Assembly (NCBI GenBank): GCA_964575955.1
Contig: CAZNTG010000005.1
Location: 1-19,328, forward strand
DNA: 19,328 nt
DNA from: an uncultured Thermoproteaceae archaeon
Lineage (GTDB): Archaea > Thermoproteota > Thermoprotei > Thermoproteales > Thermocladiaceae
Reading direction: 5' to 3'
Shown here piece after piece: positions 7,514 through 15,784 of this stretch. The stretch's first letter is position 1. The number at the start of each line of letters is the position of its first letter. The position numbers were made by a program, and so were the translations under genes. The notes below the pieces were generated by a model, which was given only the letters and a program-made list of their open reading frames with translations, was not told the origin of the DNA and made no database searches.

Positions 7514-7754
7514 AAAAATTAAAAAGAGAAAAATACTAAGAAAGATAGATATTCTATACAAATTCGTAGAATGTGTAGCATGTAGAAACAAGTATTGTAA
7601 TGGAATTAAAGGTCTAGTTGTAGATAAGTATGAGGACACTATAGAAATATTAACAATATTTGGAGATATTGTAAAGATAAGAGTTGATGAATGTTGGTAT
7701 TATGTTAGAATTAAAAATTTTGAATATTTAATAAATCCAAGACAGATAATTTAA
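7497..7754 (+). CDS. rnp1: Ribonuclease P protein component 1 (Rpp29/POP4), short and divergent
   Basis: GIKGLVVD...DTIEILT core matches the Rpp29 pattern GI.G.VVDET..T..I.T; conserved position after rpl29; TTG start overlapping rpl29. Confidence 0.7.
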   Translation: MQSRHRKIKKRKILRKIDILYKFVECVACRNKYCNGIKGLVVDKYEDTIEILTIFGDIVKIRVDECWYYVRIKNFEYLINPRQII

Positions 7755-8603
7755 AATTCCTGTAAGAAAATATGCAATTATTAGCATAGACATGTATAGT
7801 AGCAACAATTTTCTAATTTTTCTAAAATCATCATATTTAGAAGTTGTATATATTGTCAATAGTGATACTACGATACATGCAAAAATTAGTGGAATATACG
7901 TCAATATTTTACTCATGTAGTAGAATATTAACATAGTTGTCAATACTAATAACATAATTGATGCCGCCATTTCTGTACTTTTTACAACTTTTCTAGATAT
8001 CTCTATACCATACTTGATTGGTAGGGTGTTGAGACCGGCAACTCTATCTCCCTCGATATCTATTATACTTTTAGCAACTTCTCTACCTATACATGCTATT
8101 AATGATATTATGAATAGTGATATTGGTATTATAGATATTCTATACATGCCATATATGAATGATAGTGATGTTGTTAATGATGTTATAAAATTACCTACAA
8201 GACATACTCTTTTAAGTTTAATATTGTATGCTGTACCTAAAGCTAGAGCTATTATATACACTGTTAACGATGTTAGATTCAGGAGACCTTCTATAGTTGA
8301 TATTATTGAGATTGTTAATCCTGATATTAGTGATATTATAGCTACAATATATGCACTCTTTATACTAAAATCTCCACGTATTAGTGGTGCATTTGGTCTA
8401 TTAATCCTGTCTTCAGGTATATTACATATGTCATTTAGTGTAAATAGGTATATTTCAGCTAGTAGAGATGTCAGATAGAGTATTATTATCGTTATGTAGT
8501 TTACAGTATTCGAAGTTAATAGATATGTTGCTACAGGTACTAAACCAACTACAACTCCATGTTCAATTCTTGTAAGTTCAATAAAAGCTCTTAACTTTTT
8601 CAC
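7728..8603 (-). CDS. UbiA-family prenyltransferase, probably digeranylgeranylglyceryl phosphate (DGGGP) synthase
   Basis: Multi-TM protein; ELTR N-terminus; NDICNIPEDRINRPNAPL; YN..LK....GN; REVAKSIIDIEGD..AG..TLPI.YG typical of DGGGP synthases. Confidence 0.85.
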   Translation of the reverse strand: MKKLRAFIELTRIEHGVVVGLVPVATYLLTSNTVNYITIIILYLTSLLAEIYLFTLNDICNIPEDRINRPNAPLIRGDFSIKSAYIVAIISLISGLTISIISTIEGLLNLTSLTVYIIALALGTAYNIKLKRVCLVGNFITSLTTSLSFIYGMYRISIIPISLFIISLIACIGREVAKSIIDIEGDRVAGLNTLPIKYGIEISRKVVKSTEMAASIMLLVLTTMLIFYYMSKILTYIPLIFACIVVSLLTIYTTSKYDDFRKIRKLLLLYMSMLIIAYFLTGILNYLSWIY

Positions 8604-8659
8604 AGAGATTTGATATTTAGAAGATAGGTTTTAATAACGGTGATGTTTTATCTAGGGTA

Positions 8660-9025
8660 TTACTCCATTGGGTCAACTTTAATACCGAACTTCTCTTTCC
8701 ACTTCTTTAATGCTTCCATTATCTCTGGCTTCTTATCAACAACCTTATACCATGGCTTTGATCTAGCCTCTTCTGGAGCCTCATTTGTCAACCATATACA
8801 GCCAACAGGACAAGCCTTAATACACTCTGCCTCATGACCAGGTTTACCACCTTCACATCTCTCCCATATAACTATTGGTTTACCCTCTTCATCAAGTTCA
8901 AGTGCATTATTTGGACACACACTAACACATGCACCACATGCTATACATTGATCTCTATCTCTACAGATTCGAGGCCATGAAGCTAACTCTTCAACGCTTG
9001 CCATACCCATTCTATATTTAGCCAA
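8660..9025 (-). CDS. Dicluster-type ferredoxin
   Basis: CIACGACVSVCP plus a second motif C-x10-CIKACP. The start may be TTG 9025 or a nearby ATG. Confidence 0.9.
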   Translation of the reverse strand: MAKYRMGMASVEELASWPRICRDRDQCIACGACVSVCPNNALELDEEGKPIVIWERCEGGKPGHEAECIKACPVGCIWLTNEAPEEARSKPWYKVVDKKPEIMEALKKWKEKFGIKVDPME

Positions 9026-9124
9026 GTCTAGATATATGTGTTGTGTATGAGAAGAGTGTTGTATTCTAAATCATTCCTTCCATGATAATTGAATTAATAA
9101 ACTCATAACATCTAGATTAGTCTT

Positions 9125-9156
9125 GCATATATCTGAGAAATTTTCTAAATATATGC
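9125..9156. promoter_or_regulatory. Inverted repeat GCATATAT-N16-ATATATGC upstream of the ferredoxin gene
   Basis: Perfect 8-bp arms, with additional inner symmetry AGAAA/TTTCT. Confidence 0.35.
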
Positions 9157-9204
9157 TTCGATAAGGTGTACAGTGTTCAATTAGAGGAAGATTTATAATT
9201 GTCT

Positions 9205-9292
9205 TGGTGCGGGGGGTGGGATTTGAACCCACGCAGGCCTACGCCAGCGGATCTTAAGTCCGCCCCCTTTGGCCAGGCTCGGGCACCCCCGC
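9205..9292 (-). tRNA. tRNA-Leu(TAA), intronless, CCA encoded
   Basis: Reverse complement GCGGGGGTGCCCGAGCCTGGCCAAAGGGG-GCGGA-CT TAA GA-TCCGC-...-GTGGGTTCAAATCCCACCCCCCGCACCA; 88 nt. Confidence 0.97.
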
Positions 9293-9319
9293 TATGACTA
9301 GGTCTATATTTATTTATCT

Positions 9320-9336
9320 ACTTTTAAATTTTTCTA
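9320..9336 (-). promoter_or_regulatory. BRE/TATA promoter of tRNA-Leu(TAA)
   Basis: Minus strand GAAAAATTTAAAAG with the TATA element at 9328-9322, 30-36 nt upstream of the tRNA. Confidence 0.55.
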
Positions 9337-9338
9337 AT

Positions 9339-10145
9339 ATGGATATAGTTATTGGTGTTTCCTGTCCTGTAACTTCTCTGAATAGTGTTGTTAAGAGATT
9401 GAGAATTTTAAAATCTCTAGACATCAGGTGGGTTGAGCTAGGCTTTACTAGAGGTATACCATCATCTATTTTAAATGATTTGAAAATTATTATAAACAGG
9501 ATAGGTATTGAGAATAGTATTCATGCACCATACTTCATAAATCTATGTTCTGAAAAGCTTGATGTTAGAGAGAGATCTTTAGAAATTATTAAGAAATGCC
9601 TAGATATAGCAAACATGTTTAATTCACACTACGTTGTTATTCATGCAGCATACTACATGTCTTACGGTCCAACACTATGCTACAGATTAGTACTTCAAAA
9701 TTTGAAAATAGTAGCAGATTATATTGAGAAGAATGGCTACACATGTAAAATAGCTATAGAAACTATGGGTAAAGATTCTCAATTTGGAACATTAGATGAA
9801 GTCTTGAGATTGTGTAAAGACATTGGTATAAGATACGTTGTACCATGTATAGATTGGGCACATATCTACATCAGAAATAGAGGAATTATAAATTATGAGG
9901 ACATACTTATGAAAATATTAGAAAATTTAAAAGATTTAAAAAATCTACACACACATTTCACATGTGTTCAAGATTTAGAAGATGAACATATGCCACTAGA
10001 AATAGATAAACCATCATTTAAAAATTTAATAATATGTCTCAAGAAATTTAAAAACACATTCAACAGAGTAAACATAATTTGCGAATCTCCAATGTTAGAG
10101 AAAGATGCATTAAAAATGTTAAAAATATTAAAAAACCTAGAATAA
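9339..10145 (+). CDS. nfo: Endonuclease IV (AP endonuclease family 2, TIM barrel)
   Basis: Metal ligand motifs SIHAPYFINL, VIHAAYY, IETMGK..QFGTLDEV, PCIDWAH, HTHF, DEH, ICESP. Start moved from 9294 to ATG 9339 because 9294-9338 is the tRNA promoter region. Confidence 0.88.
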   Translation: MDIVIGVSCPVTSLNSVVKRLRILKSLDIRWVELGFTRGIPSSILNDLKIIINRIGIENSIHAPYFINLCSEKLDVRERSLEIIKKCLDIANMFNSHYVVIHAAYYMSYGPTLCYRLVLQNLKIVADYIEKNGYTCKIAIETMGKDSQFGTLDEVLRLCKDIGIRYVVPCIDWAHIYIRNRGIINYEDILMKILENLKDLKNLHTHFTCVQDLEDEHMPLEIDKPSFKNLIICLKKFKNTFNRVNIICESPMLEKDALKMLKILKNLE

Positions 10146-10409
10146 TCAGCCTACCCTATTATCATCACACTCTAAGCCTTGCCAGGTATCATCATCTACA
10201 TTTAGTACTATTTTTTCATCTATTTCGATTAGTATGTTGTTTATATTTTTATTTTCTCTCAGTATGTAGTCAGTTAGTCTGACAGGGGTCATTTTCAGCT
10301 GTTTAAATTGTCCATTCTTAATTCTGAAAATCTTACAGTTCATACGTAAAAGTCTTAAAGTCGTAGTATATAGATCTAACGTGTCTACTTTTACAGATCT
10401 AACGTTCAT
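10146..10409 (-). CDS. Hypothetical protein (87 aa; start uncertain)
   Basis: Fills the gap between nfo and the Roadblock gene; its stop abuts the nfo stop; plausible globular composition; no family recognised. Confidence 0.5.
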   Translation of the reverse strand: MNVRSVKVDTLDLYTTTLRLLRMNCKIFRIKNGQFKQLKMTPVRLTDYILRENKNINNILIEIDEKIVLNVDDDTWQGLECDDNRVG

Positions 10410-10463
10410 GCAAGGGCTTTGAGGCGTAAAGTTGTAAAAATACTCAGATATACATACAACAAT

Positions 10464-10874
10464 ATGGCTGAAAGTGTCTCGAGCATGCTTGAAAGAGTGT
10501 CTCGTGAGTTACTAAATAGGTGTAGTCCTGATATTAGAGGTATTATAATCTCAAGAGATGATGGTCTACTCATACATACGTCAATAGCATATGAAATACA
10601 AGCAAGCCCACATACCATAGCTGCAATGTTCTCAGCATTTATGGGTCCATCAAGGAGAGTTTATAGAAGTTTAATGAACTCAAGACTCGAAGAAGCCATC
10701 TTAAGCGGTTCGGAGGGTAAACTGATTGTACGTTCAATACCTCTTGATGATATTCCCGGAGGGAGACGTATATACGTAGGTATACTAACTAGCAAGAATC
10801 CAAATATTGGTCTCATATTATTGGAACTTGATAGATATATTGAAGCAGTTCGCAAGATACTAGTCAGAAGGTGA
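10464..10874 (+). CDS. Roadblock/LC7 (MglB/LAMTOR2-like) domain protein
   Basis: IRGIIISRDDGLLI, helix TIAAMFSAFMGPSRRV, LEEAILSGSEGKLIV, VGILT..NPNIGLILLEL: the Roadblock pattern. ATG 10464 preferred over TTG 10419. Confidence 0.88.
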   Translation: MAESVSSMLERVSRELLNRCSPDIRGIIISRDDGLLIHTSIAYEIQASPHTIAAMFSAFMGPSRRVYRSLMNSRLEEAILSGSEGKLIVRSIPLDDIPGGRRIYVGILTSKNPNIGLILLELDRYIEAVRKILVRR

Positions 10875-10879
10875 GAATT

Positions 10880-11371
10880 ATGATTGACGAGGTAAAATTG
10901 CTAGCATTAGATATAAAGGAAGTCGCTCTAATAACACTTATCCATGCAGCGCATAAACTAATGACAGGCAGAGGATTACTGGCCATGTTAAGAGAGGCTG
11001 CCAGAATGACTGTAAGAAGTCTAATAGTAGATAGAGCTAAAGCTTCGTCCATAGAAGATAACTTAAAAGTATTAGATAGTCTTTTAACACAATTCGAACC
11101 TCTAAAGACGGCAAGCTACGTTCATTCACAACTGCTTGGAGATGAAATAAGGATAGAGATAAGAGACTGTGCATTTCATAAAATATGTACTGTAATAGAA
11201 AACTTCCTTAAGAAAAGACCAGATTTGCAGAAAATGATTCAAGCAAGACCTTGTGCAATCGCAATACTATACGTAGCAGCAATCGAACAAATACACCTAA
11301 AGGAGTATGATATCATGCATGTAGAGTTCGGTTCTCCTTGCAGGATAATACTCAAAGAAGTCAAACTTTAA
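10880..11371 (+). CDS. V4R-like (Cys-containing ligand/metal-binding) domain protein
   Basis: IEIRDCAF, RPCAIA..Y...IE, PCRII match the C-x-F / C / C pattern of V4R and methanogen-output-like domains. AGGTGA SD lies 5 nt before ATG 10880; alternative start GTG 10871 overlaps the Roadblock stop. Confidence 0.7.
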   Translation: MIDEVKLLALDIKEVALITLIHAAHKLMTGRGLLAMLREAARMTVRSLIVDRAKASSIEDNLKVLDSLLTQFEPLKTASYVHSQLLGDEIRIEIRDCAFHKICTVIENFLKKRPDLQKMIQARPCAIAILYVAAIEQIHLKEYDIMHVEFGSPCRIILKEVKL

Positions 11372-12669
11372 TTGAGTTGTAATTTCTCGATAATATTTTC
11401 AAGCTTTGATATAGTATTCTCAATTATTTCATCATCATGACTTGAAGATGTGAAGTTTACTTCAAATTGACTTGGTGTTAGGTATATACCATTTCTTAGA
11501 CACTCTTTATGAAATTCTTCATATGCTTTAATGTTTGAATTTCTTACATCATCTGCATTCCTAATTTCTCTATTTGTGAAATATATTTGAAACATTGATG
11601 CTATATGTACTACCTTGACATCTATTCCTCTTCTTTGAAATAGATCTTCTATAGTTTTTGATATTTTTTCTGCTGCCTTGTTTGCTATTGTGTATGGTGT
11701 TCCTGTTTCTAGTGTTTTTATTGTTTCTAATCCTGCTATTAGTGATATTGGATGTGCATTAAATGTTCCTGCGTTGTATACAGGTCCTGATGGTGTTACT
11801 AGTTCCATTATGTCTCGTCTACCTCCAAATATTCCTATTGGAAATCCACCTCCAGCAATCTTTCCTAGAGTTGTCAGGTCTGGCTTTATGCCATAGTATT
11901 CTTGTGCTCCTCCTAGACTAACTCTAAATCCTGTAATTACTTCATCAAATATGAGTATTGATCCATATCTGTCACATAGTTCTCTTAATGTCTTTATAAA
12001 TTCTCTATCACCAATAATTAAGCCATAGTTACCCATTATAGGTTCGACAATTATGCATGCTATCTCATTTCCAAATTGTCTAAATGTTTTTTCAACACTT
12101 TCAATATCGTTAAATGGTAGTACTATTGTGTATTTAGCAACTTCTTCAAGAACACCAGCACTTGTAGGTACTCCCCATGTTGCTGCACCACTACCAGCTT
12201 TAACAAGCACATAATCGTGAGCTCCATGATAACAACCGTCAAATTTTACAATATACTTCCTCTTTGTATATGCTCTTGCAAGTCTAATAGCATTCATTGT
12301 TGCTTCAGTTCCTGTATTTACTATTCTCATCATTTCAATACTTGGAAAATGTTTCATAATTGTCTTAGCATACTCAATTTCAAGCTCAGTAGGTATACCA
12401 TACATCCATCCTCTCTCCAAAAATTGTATTATTGCCTTTCTCACATTCTCAGGCGAGTGACCAAGTATTAGAGGTCCAAACGCCATGCAGTAATCTATCA
12501 ATTTAACTCCTTCAACAGTCTCTATATACGCTCCATATGCTCTCTTTATGTAGAATGGGTATGGTAGATGCTTCATCAATCTCACAGGACTATTAACACC
12601 ACCAGGAAATATCTTTCTAGCCTCTTCAAACAATCTTTTTGATATATTGAAAATTTCTTCGTATGACAT
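11368..12669 (-). CDS. hemL: Glutamate-1-semialdehyde 2,1-aminomutase
   Basis: PGGVNSPVR, FGPLILGH, NTGTEATMNAIRLAR, FDGCYHG, FDEVITGFR, PDLTTLGKIAGGGFP, AGTFNAHP, PSQFE. Confidence 0.97.
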   Translation of the reverse strand: MSYEEIFNISKRLFEEARKIFPGGVNSPVRLMKHLPYPFYIKRAYGAYIETVEGVKLIDYCMAFGPLILGHSPENVRKAIIQFLERGWMYGIPTELEIEYAKTIMKHFPSIEMMRIVNTGTEATMNAIRLARAYTKRKYIVKFDGCYHGAHDYVLVKAGSGAATWGVPTSAGVLEEVAKYTIVLPFNDIESVEKTFRQFGNEIACIIVEPIMGNYGLIIGDREFIKTLRELCDRYGSILIFDEVITGFRVSLGGAQEYYGIKPDLTTLGKIAGGGFPIGIFGGRRDIMELVTPSGPVYNAGTFNAHPISLIAGLETIKTLETGTPYTIANKAAEKISKTIEDLFQRRGIDVKVVHIASMFQIYFTNREIRNADDVRNSNIKAYEEFHKECLRNGIYLTPSQFEVNFTSSSHDDEIIENTISKLENIIEKLQLN

Positions 12670-12725
12670 CGATTATAGTCATATACAGGATATAATTAAG
12701 TATATCGTGATTAGACTATGTATCA

Positions 12726-13577
12726 GTGTACTGGATATATTTTGCAATAATTGCATTAATACTATTTGGACTATCTAGGACATTATACATAATAGCTTCT
12801 AGAAGTGAAGATATACCTGAATGGCTTTTCTTAATAACTTTAAACACCACTGCAACAATTGTATCAACTATAATATTAATATCTAAAATTCCTGAAAGTA
12901 TAACATTTGAATCAATAATAGTAGGAATATTTCTAGGATTATTAAGTACTTCAGGTGCAATATCACTATATAGAGCAAATGCTACATGTAGTCCATCATT
13001 AGTTAATATAATACTTGGAATGAACTTCATAATACCATTAACTGTTGGAATATTTATGCTAAATGAAAGGTTAAATATTTACCAATACGTTGGTCTAATA
13101 TTTGTAATATTGACAGTTATATTATCAACAATTGAAGGATTGAGAGAAGGTAATAGAAAATTTAAAATTAGTGGAATACTGTACGCATTAATAACATTCT
13201 TCACATGGGGTCTACTTGGAGTTATTATTAAGATTGCAGAACTAGTACACATACTCCATAGTTATATTACCTGTCTACTATTCATGTATATTGTCGAAAC
13301 AATATCACTAGTAGTATACTACAGAAGGCACATATCTTACATCAGGAATATTTTAACATACATTCCAGGAATTATTGCAGGTATATTTAGTTGTGTTGGT
13401 TCGTATCTAGCAATAATCTGCTATGCTATTGGTGAAATCTCTATAACATCATTAATATTGAGATTTTCATTCATAATACCTACACTATTCTCAATATTTC
13501 ATTATAGAGAATTTGGTCTATATAAGTTGTTTCTAATAGTACTATCAATAATTTCAATAGTCTTATTAAGTTTATGA
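12726..13577 (+). CDS. EamA/DMT-family membrane transporter
   Basis: About 10 hydrophobic helices in two repeats; L.ER....Q.VG..F...; ALI...TWG; second repeat ends YRE. Confidence 0.85.
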   Translation: MYWIYFAIIALILFGLSRTLYIIASRSEDIPEWLFLITLNTTATIVSTIILISKIPESITFESIIVGIFLGLLSTSGAISLYRANATCSPSLVNIILGMNFIIPLTVGIFMLNERLNIYQYVGLIFVILTVILSTIEGLREGNRKFKISGILYALITFFTWGLLGVIIKIAELVHILHSYITCLLFMYIVETISLVVYYRRHISYIRNILTYIPGIIAGIFSCVGSYLAIICYAIGEISITSLILRFSFIIPTLFSIFHYREFGLYKLFLIVLSIISIVLLSL

Positions 13578-13616
13578 AGATATGTTTAGAAAATTTAGAA
13601 TTTTTTAAAGAGTCTT

Positions 13617-14942
13617 CTACATGAGCTGTTTTGCAACAAGCTCAGATACATGTTTTACATCTATCCTGACTGTGCTAACTTTCTCTAATGCTTTTCTAAG
13701 CATGAATACACATGAGTGACATGCTGTTACTATTACTCTAGGCATCTTTGTTAATAATTCTTCAACTCTATGTTCAGCCATCTTTAAACTAAATTCAGCT
13801 ATCTCTCTTGAGAATGAATCTAACATTCTTACTAGATCTATCTCAAGAACTTCTGATAATGCTTTAGCAACTTCTTCATGTAAGAAGAACATGTGTGAGC
13901 CTCCACCACAACATCTCACATATCTTCCCTTCCACTTTGGTTTAAGTGGTGTTGCAATTCTCTCAAGTAGTGCATGTGGCATCTCTACTCCACCTCTCCT
14001 CATTAACATGCATGGGTCATGCCATATTGCTGCATCATGACCTTCTCTAACAGGTAGGAGACCTCTCTCTGCATAGTCCTCAAATAGTTCTACAACACTC
14101 ATAATTTTGCATGGCTGCTCAATCTCTGCTATGTATGGTCCTTCAAATCTTAAGGCTGGGTATGTATATCCACAATCTACTACAAGTATCATCTTTGCAT
14201 TAAGCTCTTTAGCTTCTAGGTAGATTCTTCTTACAAGTGATGCAAATTCTGCAAAATTACCTGTAACATACCCCATTGGTGGTCTAATACCTACAGGTTC
14301 TCTAGGTAATGTCCATGTTATTCCAATTTTCTCAAGTACTCTAATTGTTGATATTAATGCATCTTTTCCAAATACTAGATCTACAATACTTACAGGTATG
14401 TAGGCTGTCCTATCTCTCTCACCTACAGACACTTCAGGTACATACTTCTTCAATTCTTCCTGGAATTTAGCATATAGTTCCTCAACTTTTGGTGTTATGT
14501 ATTTTCTAGTAGCTTCAAGCTCTTCTAATACCTTAACTGCCTGTGGTGTTAGTCCTGCACTATCTATAAGTGCTTTACACATTAATGCTAGTGTTCCACT
14601 ATCAATTCCAGCCGCACACACCATGTAGCATGCTGCACAGTTTGTACATCTATACGCGTATTCTCTTGCCTTTAAGAGATTCTCTCTTGTTAATGGGTAT
14701 GCATGTGCAAGTTTTCCAAGTGCTCTAGCTATAGGATTCATATATCTACGATAGAATCTTCTAAACCATTCACCTATAGGTGCAGGTGCATATCTCTTAT
14801 CTATATGAAATGCTGGACATATCTCATAACATATTCCACAGCTAATACAATTCTCTACGTAGTGTATTATGTTAGATTCTATATACTTGCTAAGTCTCCA
14901 AAAGGCTTTATCTAGATCTTTTCTACTTTCTAGAGCCATCAT
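13617..14942 (-). CDS. isp2: Isp2-like Fe-S oxidoreductase (HdrD/DsrK/GlpC family) of the hydrogenase locus
   Basis: Two ferredoxin motifs (CISCGICYEICP, CTNCAACYMVC) and a C-terminal CCG domain (HDPC...CCGGG...TACHSC); GAGGTG SD upstream; order hynS-isp1-isp2. Confidence 0.85.
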   Translation of the reverse strand: MMALESRKDLDKAFWRLSKYIESNIIHYVENCISCGICYEICPAFHIDKRYAPAPIGEWFRRFYRRYMNPIARALGKLAHAYPLTRENLLKAREYAYRCTNCAACYMVCAAGIDSGTLALMCKALIDSAGLTPQAVKVLEELEATRKYITPKVEELYAKFQEELKKYVPEVSVGERDRTAYIPVSIVDLVFGKDALISTIRVLEKIGITWTLPREPVGIRPPMGYVTGNFAEFASLVRRIYLEAKELNAKMILVVDCGYTYPALRFEGPYIAEIEQPCKIMSVVELFEDYAERGLLPVREGHDAAIWHDPCMLMRRGGVEMPHALLERIATPLKPKWKGRYVRCCGGGSHMFFLHEEVAKALSEVLEIDLVRMLDSFSREIAEFSLKMAEHRVEELLTKMPRVIVTACHSCVFMLRKALEKVSTVRIDVKHVSELVAKQLM

Positions 14943-14944
14943 GG

Positions 14945-15769
14945 TTACACACCTCTCTTAGCATATGTATCGTATAATTCATGAATCTTACCGTACCAGT
15001 AGCCAAATACGAAGTGTGAAAACTTTGTGAATGGTAGTACCATGAAGAATATCTCTCCAAATAGTACATGTAGTCCTAGTAGAAATCTCTGAACTGTTAT
15101 TGGTGTTGTTATTGGTGAGAATGCTGCTGCAAATCCTGACAATACTACTGCTAGTAGGAGTAGTAATGCTGCAAAATCTCCTGGTCTTATATTTATTATA
15201 TGTCTCTTAACCTTAACTAGATGATCAACAAATTTGTATGTTATTGCTGCAATTACTATAAGTGCTAGCATGTATGCATTACCTGCATATGTGAGTAATC
15301 CCCATGGACTTAGATGTTCAACACCTGCACTATACTTAACTGCTAGACATAGTCCAAACCAGAATTTTTCAATAGCTACAGCTGCAGGTACTAGACTTAA
15401 TGCTCCAAGTTTTAGATATGGCATGTAGTTTAGCCATATTGCTACATGTGTACCAACTAGGAATAGTATTAGTATTATGCCGAATATGTGTAGGAATAGT
15501 AGACCACCAACGAGGTCTAGAACGTTTGATCTAGCACACCATATTATTGGTCTTAGAAACACCATTATTATCTCCTTAATCCAATGCCAAAATCCTATAT
15601 CCCAGAATGATCCTTTCTTAATTGCCTTCTCTCTCCATCTAAACTCTGGCTTTGGTACATGTATTCTAGCTAGTAGTGCATATCTCATAACCTTGTATAC
15701 TAGACCTCCAACAAAGATTGCTACTGTCGGTATTGAGAGGTACCAGAGTACGAAGCTTAAGAGATCCAC
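14945..15769 (-). CDS. isp1: Isp1-like diheme cytochrome b membrane subunit (NarI/DsrM/HdrE family)
   Basis: About 5 TM helices with His pairs FLH-x13-H and LH-x17-H including the PFTKFSH motif; located between hynS and isp2. Confidence 0.85.
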   Translation of the reverse strand: MDLLSFVLWYLSIPTVAIFVGGLVYKVMRYALLARIHVPKPEFRWREKAIKKGSFWDIGFWHWIKEIIMVFLRPIIWCARSNVLDLVGGLLFLHIFGIILILFLVGTHVAIWLNYMPYLKLGALSLVPAAVAIEKFWFGLCLAVKYSAGVEHLSPWGLLTYAGNAYMLALIVIAAITYKFVDHLVKVKRHIINIRPGDFAALLLLLAVVLSGFAAAFSPITTPITVQRFLLGLHVLFGEIFFMVLPFTKFSHFVFGYWYGKIHELYDTYAKRGV

Positions 15770-15784
15770 AATATAGTTATCCTG

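Noticed and set aside
5048-9292. Integrated virus or plasmid bounded by tRNA att sites
   Set aside because: The repeats are inverted, both are full tRNAs with different anticodons, the interior contains essential genes, and no integrase is present.
9294-9338. N-terminal 15 codons of the nfo ORF
   Set aside because: They begin 2 nt from the tRNA 5' end and cover its promoter; ATG 9339 gives a normal N-terminus.
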